64,000 bases of DNA from Monocercomonoides exilis PA203 (taxonomy: Eukaryota > Protista > Preaxostyla). Every line of letters starts with the position of its first letter. The stretch's first letter is position 1. Where the stretch lies: NCBI GenBank assembly GCA_001643675.2, contig LSRY02000044.1:1-64000 (forward strand), in the 5' to 3' direction. Position numbers and translations under genes: made by a program. This document shows, in pieces, positions 11,501 through 23,500 of this stretch. The notes beneath the pieces were generated by a model. The model was not told where the DNA came from, searched no databases, and saw nothing but the letters and a program-made list of their open reading frames with translations.

Positions 11501-12907
11501 GGAATCACCCCACCCCCTGCAGACGACAACGAAGAAGGCGTGGCAAGCGGCACCCCTGCCCCTGCTCCAGAACCTGCCCCTGCCCCTGCTCCCTCGCCGT
11601 CCTCGCTCACCACCCCGCCCTGCTGCGTCCGCCGCTTCTTCTCCTTCTCAATCCCCACATCAATCAGCGCTGCCTTCTCCTTCATCGCCACCAGCTGCTC
11701 CTGCAGCTCCTTCACCTCTGCATTGTACTTCTCGCTCAGCTCCAGGATCTTCCTCTCCCGCATCCGGATGATCTTGTCCTTCTCCTGCAGCTGCTCCGCC
11801 AGCCCGCTCGTCCGCTTCGAGATCCGCTCGTCGTCCCGGATCTTCTGCAGCAGCATGTTGAACTCCGAGTACCGCTTCTCCATCTCCTGCTTCGCCTCCT
11901 CGTGCTGCTCCTTCAGCTCCCGGATCTGCCGCCCCAGCCCCTCCTTCTCCCCCGCCAGCTCCGCCACCTGCGCCTCGTACTTCATGCACGTCTCGCTCAG
12001 CATCTGCGCTGCATTCGCCTTCGTCCTCTCCAGGTCTTCCTCCTTGTTCCTCAGCTCTTCCCGCAGCCGCTCTTCCCGCGCTGCCCCCGCCTCTTGCTCC
12101 TTCCACAGCGCCCCATACACACGCGCATACTCCACCCGGATCCGGTGCAGCAGCTCTCCTTCCTCGCTGCACCGCAGCCCCAGCATCTCTCCCACATCTC
12201 CAAGCGTCACATCAATGCACATCTGGTTGTGCATAATCTGCTCCCCCGCCCCCAGCCGGTCCATCTCCTTCGCCGCCATCATCTCTTCAAACCGCTCCCC
12301 CAGCCGCCTCACCCCTTCCCTCGTGTACGTCACCAGCGGCCCTCGCGACTCTCTCCACATATTCCCCTCCATCGGCATAAAATAGCTCCCCCGTCGCTCC
12401 ATCGCCCCAAACGTTATTTTCCTCGATGCCAGCAGCCTCGCCCGGCTCATGAAGTAGTCGCTGTCGTCAATCTGCGACGGCGGGTTCCTGAAAAAAAAAC
12501 ACCAAACAAAATTCAAACACATTTCTTTCCATCGTCCAAAGGAACTGCCACACAAATCGCCAGTCCTGTCTTCCTCCATCCCGCGTGGCTCCTCAAAGGC
12601 CAGCCCTGCAACAGCTGGTGCAGCACAAAAACCCCCACGCCCGCAGAAGACAGCCAACTCGTCAAAAACAAAACAACAAATACCCAAAGCACACACTTGT
12701 GTCAATCGCATCCCCTCTCCGGATGGGGGTCAACGATCGATCCAGCAACTTCGTCTGCCCGCCCGCAGCCCCAGAAGCGCGCTTCGCTGTGCTCGAAGGC
12801 TGGAACGGCGTCGAGCGCAATTGCGTGCTTCCGCCCCCAAACGGCGACCCGGCGCGCTTTATCTGCGATGGCAGTGCAGTAGGTGTTAACTTCTTTCCGT
12901 AGTCCAT
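8554..12907 (-). CDS. Coiled-coil protein, probably flagellar/axonemal (p28 axonemal dynein light chain-like segment, TSNAXIP1-like helical/EF-hand-like C-terminal region)
   Basis: ATG at 12907 (MDYGKKLTP), donor after 12697 and probably two short introns, then the long frame to TGA at 8554. LGDVGEMLGLRCSEEGELLHRIRVEY resembles p28-type FDELIRQVTINCAERGLLLLRVRDE. Long E/K/Q heptad runs; IYGDKI...FGDFVYMWL...EVWLFGKF helical block; ends in K8. Confidence 0.75.
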
Positions 12908-14574
12908 GAGCACGCAAAACACATAAAGCTCAGAAACAGAGCGAAAACAGCAAACAAGAAAGCGAACAAAAAAATGTTGGAACACTCAACCATTTTGACA
13001 ACTCTTCAAATGACCCGGCACTGCTGCTATCCAATTGCATATGTTATTTATGTGACAGAAATATTATCATTTTTGTTATACTCACTTGTATTCGTGAGAT
13101 TTTTGGAGAAAACATCATGAAGATGAAAAAAAATATTCACAAAAAAAAATATTTTTTTTGCTCAAAAATGTGAAATAATCTTAATACAAAAGTGCAGGTG
13201 TGCGAAATGAGCACGAAGCAAGTGCAATCAAAAAAACGTTGACATGGCAAAAGAAAAGTGCTTGCAATGAAATTGCAAGGATGATTCCCAAAACAGGCAA
13301 GACTCATTCAAAAGACACATCACAAAGAGATGGAGAGATAACAGATCCATCCGACGAAGCAAAAACAAACAAACTGAAATAAAATGGAATGATAATTTGT
13401 TGCGAGAATAAATCACTTATTCTTTTTGTCCGCTTGTCAATTGCAACCTGCTTTGCTTTTGCATTGAAAATATCTTCAACTTCTCAAAGACTCCTTCTTT
13501 TCCTTAACTTTCACAACTTTCTCGCATCTTTGAATAAGTTGATGAGCAAATAGAAATCCATTTCCTCTTCCAAAACGATGCTGATGAACGATGATCCAGA
13601 AAAGTTCGAAAGAATTGTTTCAATGGAATCTTCTTCCATTCTTTTCTTTCGTAATCATCAATGCTGCCTGTTCTCCTCTTCAATAATGTTCCAATCTAAA
13701 AACAGCCTTCAATCTGATTTTTCTTCTTCATTTTCCCTTCTTCCTTTCTCCAAAAGAAATCTTCCAGCAAATAGAATGCGTCAGGTATTTCTCAAATAAC
13801 TTCCATTGCCCTAAAACATGAGAAAATAAAAATTAAAAATTCAATTTTCGTGAAAAGATTCGAATAAAACAGAGTCTGTCGCATACCAATTGCAAATAGA
13901 ATCCCTTCCTTGCAACCTCTTTGCATTAACAAAATATGTCCATTTTCACTCATTTTTCCTTTTGTCCTTTTTTCTTTGAATTGAAATTCCATCTCTATCT
14001 GCAAGAAAATCACATCAAAAACCCAACCCAAATGCTCAAATAACCTTGTTCCATGCATCCCATCCCTTTTGCCAAAAGTGTCCATTTCGGCCAATCGAGG
14101 CAAAAACAATCATTTCTTTCAAAACATCAAAAATCTCTTCAAATAAAAATATCACAAAAATTCCACCAAAAGACATACATTTATATGTGGTGCAGGATTA
14201 CAAAACTTTCAGCACTCACACCTCTTCCATTCTTCTGTGAAACCAATTTTCACAACATTCATTTCTTTCCCAATTGCCTTTTCTCATGAAAACACAGCCA
14301 TCAAAATTATATGCTCTAAATAATGTGTTGTTCCATCTCAGAGGCAGATATCGCTGGATGGAGAGTGACGGCTGAAATATCAGAACATCAACAAAAATGG
14401 ATGAATCATTCTCTATTATTCATCGGATCATAAATTAATGTTGAAAAATAAACAAAGGAGAATATTTATTTTGATATAACAACATGATATTCAACAAAAG
14501 TTGAATGTAATTTTTTGTTGAAGTGCCCATATTAGTCTGTGAAAGAAAAAAGAAAAGAAAGCAGTTGGAGAGGC

Positions 14575-17500
14575 ATGGTATTGGGGCTGTCAGGAATATT
14601 ATATTGTGTGTGGATAATTAGCGTGGGGTGCGTGTGCAAGGGTGCCACAAGTGATGGAGCAGGATTTGTTGAGGAATCAGCGAAAGAAGGAGAATTGGAT
14701 TGTGCTAAAGGCACATGGTCAGAGAAGGCTCAAAACAACAAAATTGGAGATGACAATTTATTTGACACGCATGTTGAAGGAAAAGAAGGTGGAGCGAGAG
14801 AAACCTGGAAAGAGGCGATAACAATGAAGAAATGCACAAAACGGTGGAATGGGAGAAGTGGAGAGATTGGGAAAGTTCGAAAATGGGGTTTTTGTGAAGA
14901 GTGGAAAATGTGGGGAAAGGAGGGTGTGTGTGGTGGGAGTGGGGTTGAGGGAAGTGTTGTTGTGGTCAATTCATCACTGAAACTGAATTCATTGGGATTG
15001 AGGGAAAGAGGTGAGGAGAGTGTGCTCAGGGCATCGGATGGAAGTTCTGTTGAGGTGAGTGGCTGTGTGATTGGAGTTGAGAGAGAGACATCGCCCTTTG
15101 ATTTTTGTGGGAGCTGTGGATTGTTCACCAACATTTCCCTCAGATCGTCTTCAACTTCGTCTTCAACCTCGACTGAACAGATATTTCCTCCACTTTTCTC
15201 TTCAAAAGCAGTGGAAGGGGAGATTTCAGAGAAATGCCACATTTCTGTTTGTTCTTCTCATTTCTCTTCTTTTTGTGTGTCTTCAGCTCCATTCATCTCA
15301 TCGCACTTTGTTTTTCTTTCCCAATTAGAATTCTTCAACATCTCCACAAATCCACAGAAAACAAGACAACTGGCTGAAAGGCTGAGCCAAACCTCGTTTC
15401 TGATGAGTGGATGTGAATTTGTGTCGGTGTGGGATGTTTATGATGGGGGCATTGTCCCTTCACTCAACAGCCCCTCATCTTCATTGGCTGCCTCAAACAC
15501 CTCATTTGTCAGATGCTATCGGTCTCAGAATGTTGCAGTCAATGGGAGTGAAGGGAATCCATCGAAACCAGGGAGACAGCAGATAGCAGACAATGGGGCG
15601 AATTCGTTCACTTGGTGTGTGTGGAATGGGTCAAGTACAACTGGGACAAGTTATTCTTATTCAGATGGGACATCGAGTGGAGGGGCGATTAATATGTATA
15701 ACAAGACATCAGGAACACTTTCAGTGAAATTTTGTTCATTCAACAACTGCACTGCATATTATGCTGGGGGAGGAATTATGTGCCGTTCTCTCAATTCCAT
15801 CAAAATCGAAAACAGCTCATTCAATTCTTGCACAGCTCAAAAAGATTATGGAGGAGGGATGTATGTTAATTCGATTTCGTCATGTGTCAGGATCAGTGGT
15901 TGCGAGTTCCAGAAATGCAAAGCAAGTGGTTATGGAGGAGGGCTTTTTCTTTATAATTTTAATGTTTCTGGATCTTCCTGCATTGGAACAGAAAATGGGA
16001 AAGGGGAGAGTGCTTGTGTGTTTGAGTGCTCGTTCACTTCATGTACACTTTCGAGTACTGGCGGAGGAGGGATGTATTGCTCATGTGTTACAGCTGCATT
16101 CAAAATGAGAAGTGTACAGTTCATTTCGTGTCGTGTAGTAGCTTGGGGAGGAGGATTGGATTTTTATGCGGGTCAATCAACAGCTCCAAGCAACAATCTT
16201 TATTTTTATTTTCTCTTCTTCCATGATTGCAGATGCACAACCACTTCCACTCCATATGGTCATGATGTTTGTTTTCGAGATCTATACAATCTCTTTTCAT
16301 CGAACAATCCGTTCTATGAATCTTTTACAACAAACAGCAATGAAAGCAGATTATGTTATACATACACACAATCAGGCAGTTGGAAATATCAGCATACAGA
16401 AAAGATGAATTGGCAAAGTTACATGAAGGAGCGATATGTTGGGGTGAGTGGAAGTGATGCGAGCAATCTGTGTGGGATGAGTGAGTCTGCACCTTGCAAA
16501 ACCGTGGGGCATGCAGTGGGGTCGAGCATGGCGCAGCTGAGCTCGACAATCACAGTGCTGGGTGGGAAGCATGTGAGTGAAAATTCAACAATCAATGTTG
16601 GGGAAAAGACGATTTCTGTTGTTGGGAGAGGGAAGGCAGTGAGTGTGATTGGGACGAATTCTCTTTCGACCTCTTCGACAACGCTGTTTAGCATATCTAC
16701 TGGTCAACTGGAGGTGGGGCATGTGGGAATCGACCACAACGCGGCAAGAAGCCCATCGCCGAGTGTGTTTGTGGTGTCACTGGGAAGCGGGACTCTTTTG
16801 CTGGAGGATGTGGTGATCGACTCTTCGACATCAGGTGGGAATGGAATGATGAAGTGTGTGTTTGAAGTGACGCTGAAGCAATTGAAGACAATTGATGTGG
16901 AGATAAAAAATATGAAAATGAGTCAATCGCTATTTGCAGAACCATCATCAACAGGATCTTCATCAGGAGAAAGTGTTTTGGCGAATGTGACAATTCGGAA
17001 TGTGAATCGGATAGGAGGAGATGGAGTGGTTTTGGCAAAGAGTGTGAGGGGAGGGGAGACATTTGTGGTGTGGAACACAACAATGGAAGGGTGTGAGTGT
17101 GTGAATGGGAATGGAGGGGGGATAAAGGTTGAGTTGGAAGCGCCTTCAAGCAAAACTCGGATTGGAACATCAACATCGCACAGCGGAGGGACAACGAAAT
17201 TCAACAAAACGAAGTGCAGTGGATATGGAGGAGGTGTGATGCTGTGGCTGGCAAATAATTCATTTGATTTTGCAATAACATCAGTGAGTTTTGTTGGTTG
17301 CAGTGCAACATTGGGAGGGAAAGATGTGTTTGTGAATGGGAGCAGACTGGTGAGCGGGACAATAACAACCACAAAACTAAATGTTGGACACAATTCATCT
17401 GTTTATGATGAGCTGATGGGATATGATCGGAATGAGGGAGAGATGGGAATATTCCCATTGAATGTGTTTTTGGAGACATTTTCAGGAGCAGCACATGTGG

Positions 17501-20500
17501 GGAAGGGGGTGAATGGGTATGGAGGATATGACTCATGGTTTTGTGGGTTTGGGTATTTTCCATGCAAAACGATCGCGTTTGCTTCGCAGAACAGATTCAG
17601 TTCATCAAAGAAGAATATAACGTTGGATTCAGGGTTTGAGCTGGGAGAAGTTCTATCGATGGCCGGGTCATATGAATGGGAGGTGTATTGCACAATCAAC
17701 AAGACGAATGTGAATGTGAGAGTGCCGAGTGGAATGACATCTTCATGTTTGATAAATATTCAGAGGGCAAGCTCAATAAAGAACATTGCATTCCAAATTC
17801 CATTTCTGTTGTCAAGTGCAACATCGCTCATTGTTTTGACAAGCTCATCACTCACGCTCACAGATTGCTCAGTTGCTCATTCATCAGAGAGCATATCGAG
17901 TGTGGCCTTTGGATACAGCATTGTGAATGTGCAAGGTGGGAGTCTGAATATGGAACGATTTGCGATTGAGGAAGGGCTGACATTCGATGATCACTCGGCC
18001 ATTGAATTTTGTGAAGGAATGATGAGTGTGATATGTTCAGGATGCAATATCAGTGGAGTTGTGAAGAATGAGGGAGATGGAGGATGGATGAAAGGAACAG
18101 TTGGAGGGAGTGGAACGTTGACAGTTGATGGATGCAATGTGAATGGGTGCAGTTGTGTTGGTGGAAATGGGGGAGGAATATATGTTGGATTGAAGGGAAA
18201 TGGGAAAGTGGTTGTGAATGGAACGAGTGTGATTGATGGGAATAAGGCAGAGAATAATGGAGGGAATGGAGGGAGAGGAGGAGGGATGTTTGTGTTGATG
18301 GAGAGCGAGGGATGTGGACTGACAATTGGGCATGATGCTGAGTTTTCGAAAGTGAATGGGAATGTGGCAGAATATGGGAAGGATGTGTTTGTTGATTGTG
18401 GGAGTGGAGTGTTTTTGGAGTCAAAAGTGAATACCAGTTCATTTGCATTTTTTGACACAAACACAATTCCATCAGATGTATTGAAACTGAGTGGGAGTGA
18501 AAATGGGGATGAAAGTGGAGTGATTCCACTGTTTGTGTTTTTGTGCACAATGGGTACAAAAGTGATTGTTGATGGGAGTGGAGGAAATGGGAAGGATAAC
18601 AACCATTGTGGATTTGAGACATTCAGGTGTTTGACAGTTGATTATTGTGCGAATTCAAGAATGAGCAGCACTGTGAATGAAATAGAGATTGCCTCATCTT
18701 CATCAATAACCAAGGAAATAGCAGGACCATCATTTGGTGTGAGTATTTCAGGCAGAATAGTGTCATCCGATGGAGAGAGGATACAGGTGAATGTGAGTGA
18801 TGGAGGATCAGACACACAAGACTGGCTCGTTGGATGTTCGAGTTCACTGACAATGAGGAGACTTTCATTTGTTGTGAAAGGACAGTTGAAATCAAGAAGA
18901 AGTGCATTCATTCACTCAACATCAACACTCAGTGTGACGAACTGTTCAGTCTCATTTGAGGGCGGGGCATTCACAGATGGAAAGATAGGATACAGCATCA
19001 TTGAGATGACAGGAGGGAATCTGATTGTTGATGGATTTGTGATGGAAAGTGGAGTGACGCTGAAGATGAATGGGAAATCACCAATCACAATGACAAGTGG
19101 AGTGAAATTGGAGATTTTGAATAGCAGAGTGAGTGGAGTGGAAGTGGAAGTTGCAGGTGGAAGTGGAGGAGGAGGATGCTTGAATGTTGGGATGGGCGCT
19201 AATGGGAATGTGAAAATTGAAGAATCTAATTTGTCCTCGACATGCTCAGGTGGAAGTGGAATGAAAGGAGGAGGGATGATGATATCAGTTGGAAGCGGAG
19301 GAACATTGAGGGTGAAAGGAGTGAACATATCAGGATGTGAAGTGCCATCAGAGGATGATGAGAATGGAGGGAGAGGAATGGGAGGAGGGATGTTTGCTGA
19401 ACTTGCCAATCAAATGGGATCATTTTCATTGGAGAGCATGACATTTAGCGGGTGCAATGCATGGAAAGGGAAGAATTTGTTTGTGGAAGCACAGGATTTG
19501 ACAACTGTTATCAACAGCACATCAATTGGATTCAATCCAGAAATTGGAATTAAAGTTGCAGACTTGAATGAACTTTGTGGAAGAGAAAGAGGTGAGGCAG
19601 AGCTGATTGTTCCACTTGTTGTGTTTCTTCGAACATTTTCATCAACAGCATATGTGAGTGGGAGAAAACAAGGAAGTGAATTCAGGCTGTGTGGATATGA
19701 AGATTTCCCATGCAAAGGAATTGGGAATGTTGGAGAAGTTCAGTTTCCGAGTTCAAAGAGAGTGATCAGACTGACAAGCACATTTTCATTTGTTGAAGAA
19801 GTGAAGTTGGATGAACAATCATATGAGATTGATTCGAGCAACAAAGATGTTGGATTGAAAGTTGGAGGAACAGGAACAAAAACACAAGAAGCATTGGTGA
19901 TGAACAGTGTTTCATCAACATTGACAGGGATATTATTTGAATTGGGAGGATCGATTTGGGAACATACATCATTTGTTCATTCTTCAGGAGGCACATTGAG
20001 ATTTGCTGATTGTGGGATAAAGATGGGAAATGGAGTGGATTCTGCGAATTATGTGTTTGTGAGTGCGAGTGGAGGGGCATTATCCATTTCAGATTTCAGT
20101 ATGACTCATGTGAAATTTGGAATGAATCCATTCATTGTTATTAATGGAAATGGAGAGGCTTCGATTGGAGATTCGTTGCTTGAGAGTGTGGAAACAACAA
20201 ATATGAAGGGATTGATTGAGTATTCGTCTTCATCGAGTCCATTGACGATCGGGAATGTGACAGCACAAGAATGTGTGATGGGAGGAAAAGGACTGATATG
20301 GGATGAAAATGGAAAGAAGCTGGGGATGAGGAATTGCACGATTATGAAGACTCACAGTTTGGAGGGAAATGGGAGTGTTGTGAGTGGAGAAGTTGGGGAT
20401 GGATGTGTTATTGAGGTGAATGATGTTGTGATTGAAGGATGTGGAACATTGAAGGGATGTGGAGGAGGGATGAGCGTGATACTGAAGGGAACAGGAGAAA

Positions 20501-23500
20501 TGCGTTTGGGGAAGAGTGGAGTGGTGACATCGTTTGAGAAATGTTCAGCTGGAGGTGAGGGATCAATTGGGGGATATGGGGGAGGAGTGAATTTGGATTT
20601 GAGTGACGATTGCGTGAATAACTTTGTGTTGACAACATTGATATTCAAAGGCAATGTTGCTGCCGAGGGAAGGGATTTGTTCATTTCTTGCAAGAAACTG
20701 AATGAAACAGTGACGAAGGAGAGGTTTGGATTTGAATACAAATATGAAAATGGAGAAGGAGAATGGATGGAAGTTGATATGAAAGGGGTTGACAGAGAGC
20801 ATTTTGTGGAGAGTGTTGATCTTGGGTTGTTTCTTGTTGAAATGAAGGGAATGGATGTGTGTGTGTCGAAGGAGGGGTATGACACATTGGGATGTGGGAG
20901 TGAAGCATATCCATGCGAATCGATGTGGAGTGGAATAAGCCACATTGACAGAAGTGAGACAGAAGGAGAAAGGAAAGTGAAAGTGAGGGATGAAGGGACA
21001 ATTGAAGATGTTTATTCATTCACAGATGCACTTGTGATTGATGGATGTGTGAATGAAGGAGATGAAACCAAACACAAGCCTATTCAGTTTAATGAAAGGA
21101 TCAAAGGGAATTCTGCATCATCATCTTCATCTGTTATTTCATCAACAGTATCACTCAGCTTGTTATCTTTGAAGTTACAAATTCCAAGTCAATTTGAGCC
21201 AAATATGAATTCACTGATCTCATCGAGTGGGGTTCTTCAACTCGAAAGCTGTTTATTTAGCATCCAATCATCAACGACCATTCAATACTCATTGATATCC
21301 ACAATAAGTGGAAGTTGCATATTGAAAGGATGTAGTCTGACAGATTTTTCATTTTCCATTTCACCACTGGTAATGGCTTCTTCTGTTTTGTTCGAAAACA
21401 GCAACTTTTCAAACATTAGGAACACTGGAAGTGGTGAAGAAGGAGGCGTTGCAAAAGTGATATTGCAAGGGAATGAAGATTTAGTTATTAAATCAACAAA
21501 TGCATCATCGTGTTCACTTTCATCAGGCAATGGAAAAGGAGGATTTCTGTATTTGGATTGCCAAAATTGTTTGAATGAGAAGCCATTTGTTTTTGATGCT
21601 GACGTAACTTTTAAGAATAACAATGCAGCCATTGGAAAGAACATGTTCATTTTGGGAAATGATTTTAATTCTTCTGTGACAAATGATTCATTCCACTTCA
21701 ATTACTTGCCCATGATAAATGAAAAAACTCTGTTTGTGGGGAGTGATGATTTTCATTCAAACAAAGATTTATTCATGTTTCTGATTCCATACAGCTCAAC
21801 TGAGATATTTATCTCATCGAGTGGATTTGATGTGGCGCGTTGTGGAAGTGAAGAAGAGCCTTGCTTCACAATGTGGAAAGGGATGGAAAACGTGAAACAG
21901 GAGGTTGGAAAGAAAACAATTCAGATTGAAGGATCAACTATCATTCAAGATTCATTCAATGTATCCAATTATCAGATCAAAAAGGGTGTGAAGATGGGAG
22001 AAGAGAATGTGAAAGCAACTTTGAATTTTGAAAATGCAATTGGAGATCAACTGGAATATTTCATGGGAAATGATATTCATCTTGAATTGACCAACATTCA
22101 ACTGAAACTGACATCTGGATTTGACAATTCAGCCAAAACAATTATTTCAAACAGAAAAGGTGAGTTGGTGATAACTGGATGCTCATTCTATTCAGAGATT
22201 GGTGTTAATAATGGATTTGATTGTGTGTTTGTGGATGCGATTGGAGGCAGTGTGGAAGTGAATGATTTGTCGATTGAATCGTGCAATGTTGGAAACAGTA
22301 TATTTACCATTCATGATTCTGGAGTTTCTTGCCATTTTGTGAATGTTCGAGTGGATTCGTTAAATGAAAGCAGAGAATGTCTTCTTCTGATCAAAGGAAC
22401 TGAATCAACAACAAAGATAAATGAAAAATGTGTTAATATTGAGATTGATAATTCATCATTTTCAGGAGTGAAGAGAAGTGACAATGGAGCGAGCATTTTG
22501 GAATCAAAGAGTGAGAATAAGATTTGTTTGGTTGTGAATTCGAGCAACATCACAGAAGACAAGGCAGAAACAAGTGAAAAAGGAGGGGCAATATTCTTCA
22601 CATTGGGCGCATCAGGATCAATGAAGATGATTAAGTCCGAAGTCAGTCAATGCAGCTGCAGTGTTAGTTCAGGAAAAGGTGGAGGGGTGAATCTGGTTAC
22701 AAAAGAAAGAGGGGATTTGAATTTCACATTTATGGGAATGAAATTCAGTGCAAACACAGCAAAAGTGGGAAATGATATTTTCATTGAATGTTTCAACATC
22801 ACATCTCAGATCAATGAAAGCCAATTTCAGTTTGATCTTCGAGAGAATCATTATTCACAAATTAATGCAATCTATGGAATTGATAGTTGTGAACACAAAG
22901 AAGATACAAATCTGATTGATTTTGTGACGATTTATCAGAGTGATACAATCATTGTGAGCAGCTTGAATGGATCGAATGACAGACTATGTGGAACAAACAC
23001 ACTTCCATGTGATTCAATTGATCAAGGATTGATTCATCTAACTTCAGAGCTGATTAGTCAAATTCTCGTGATAGAAGAGAGTGTGATTGGAGAAGAAATA
23101 AATCTGGAGGAGATGAGTCTGAGTTCGAAGAGCAGAGAGATGTGTGAAGTTGAAGTGAAATCAAGTATTGAAAAAACAAGAGGGGCATTGATGACAACAA
23201 TGGGAACAGTTTCATTGCTGAGAGTGAATTTCGTGTTTGATTCGAATTTCATCTCTTCACATGAATCACTGATATCACCCGAAGGAGGAATTCTTGAAGT
23301 GATGAATTGTTCATTCACAACAAAACAATCGGCTAGAGAAGGAAGTATAGAATTAGCAAACATTCCATTTCACATCATTAATACGGCAGAAGGAGAATTA
23401 CAAGTTGATGGATGCACAATATCAAATTTCACTCTTCAAAAATCTTCAATATATCTATCATCATCACTTCCAGCAGTGATTGATTCATTAACGATTTGCA

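Noticed and set aside
9017-12882. Long plus-strand ORFs (e.g. 11090..12385, 11902..12882, 10130..10990)
   Set aside because: Antisense shadows of a GC-rich coiled-coil gene, where stop codons are rare.
15560-16430. Diversity-generating retroelement acting on the variable loops
   Set aside because: No template repeat or reverse transcriptase seen in the window.
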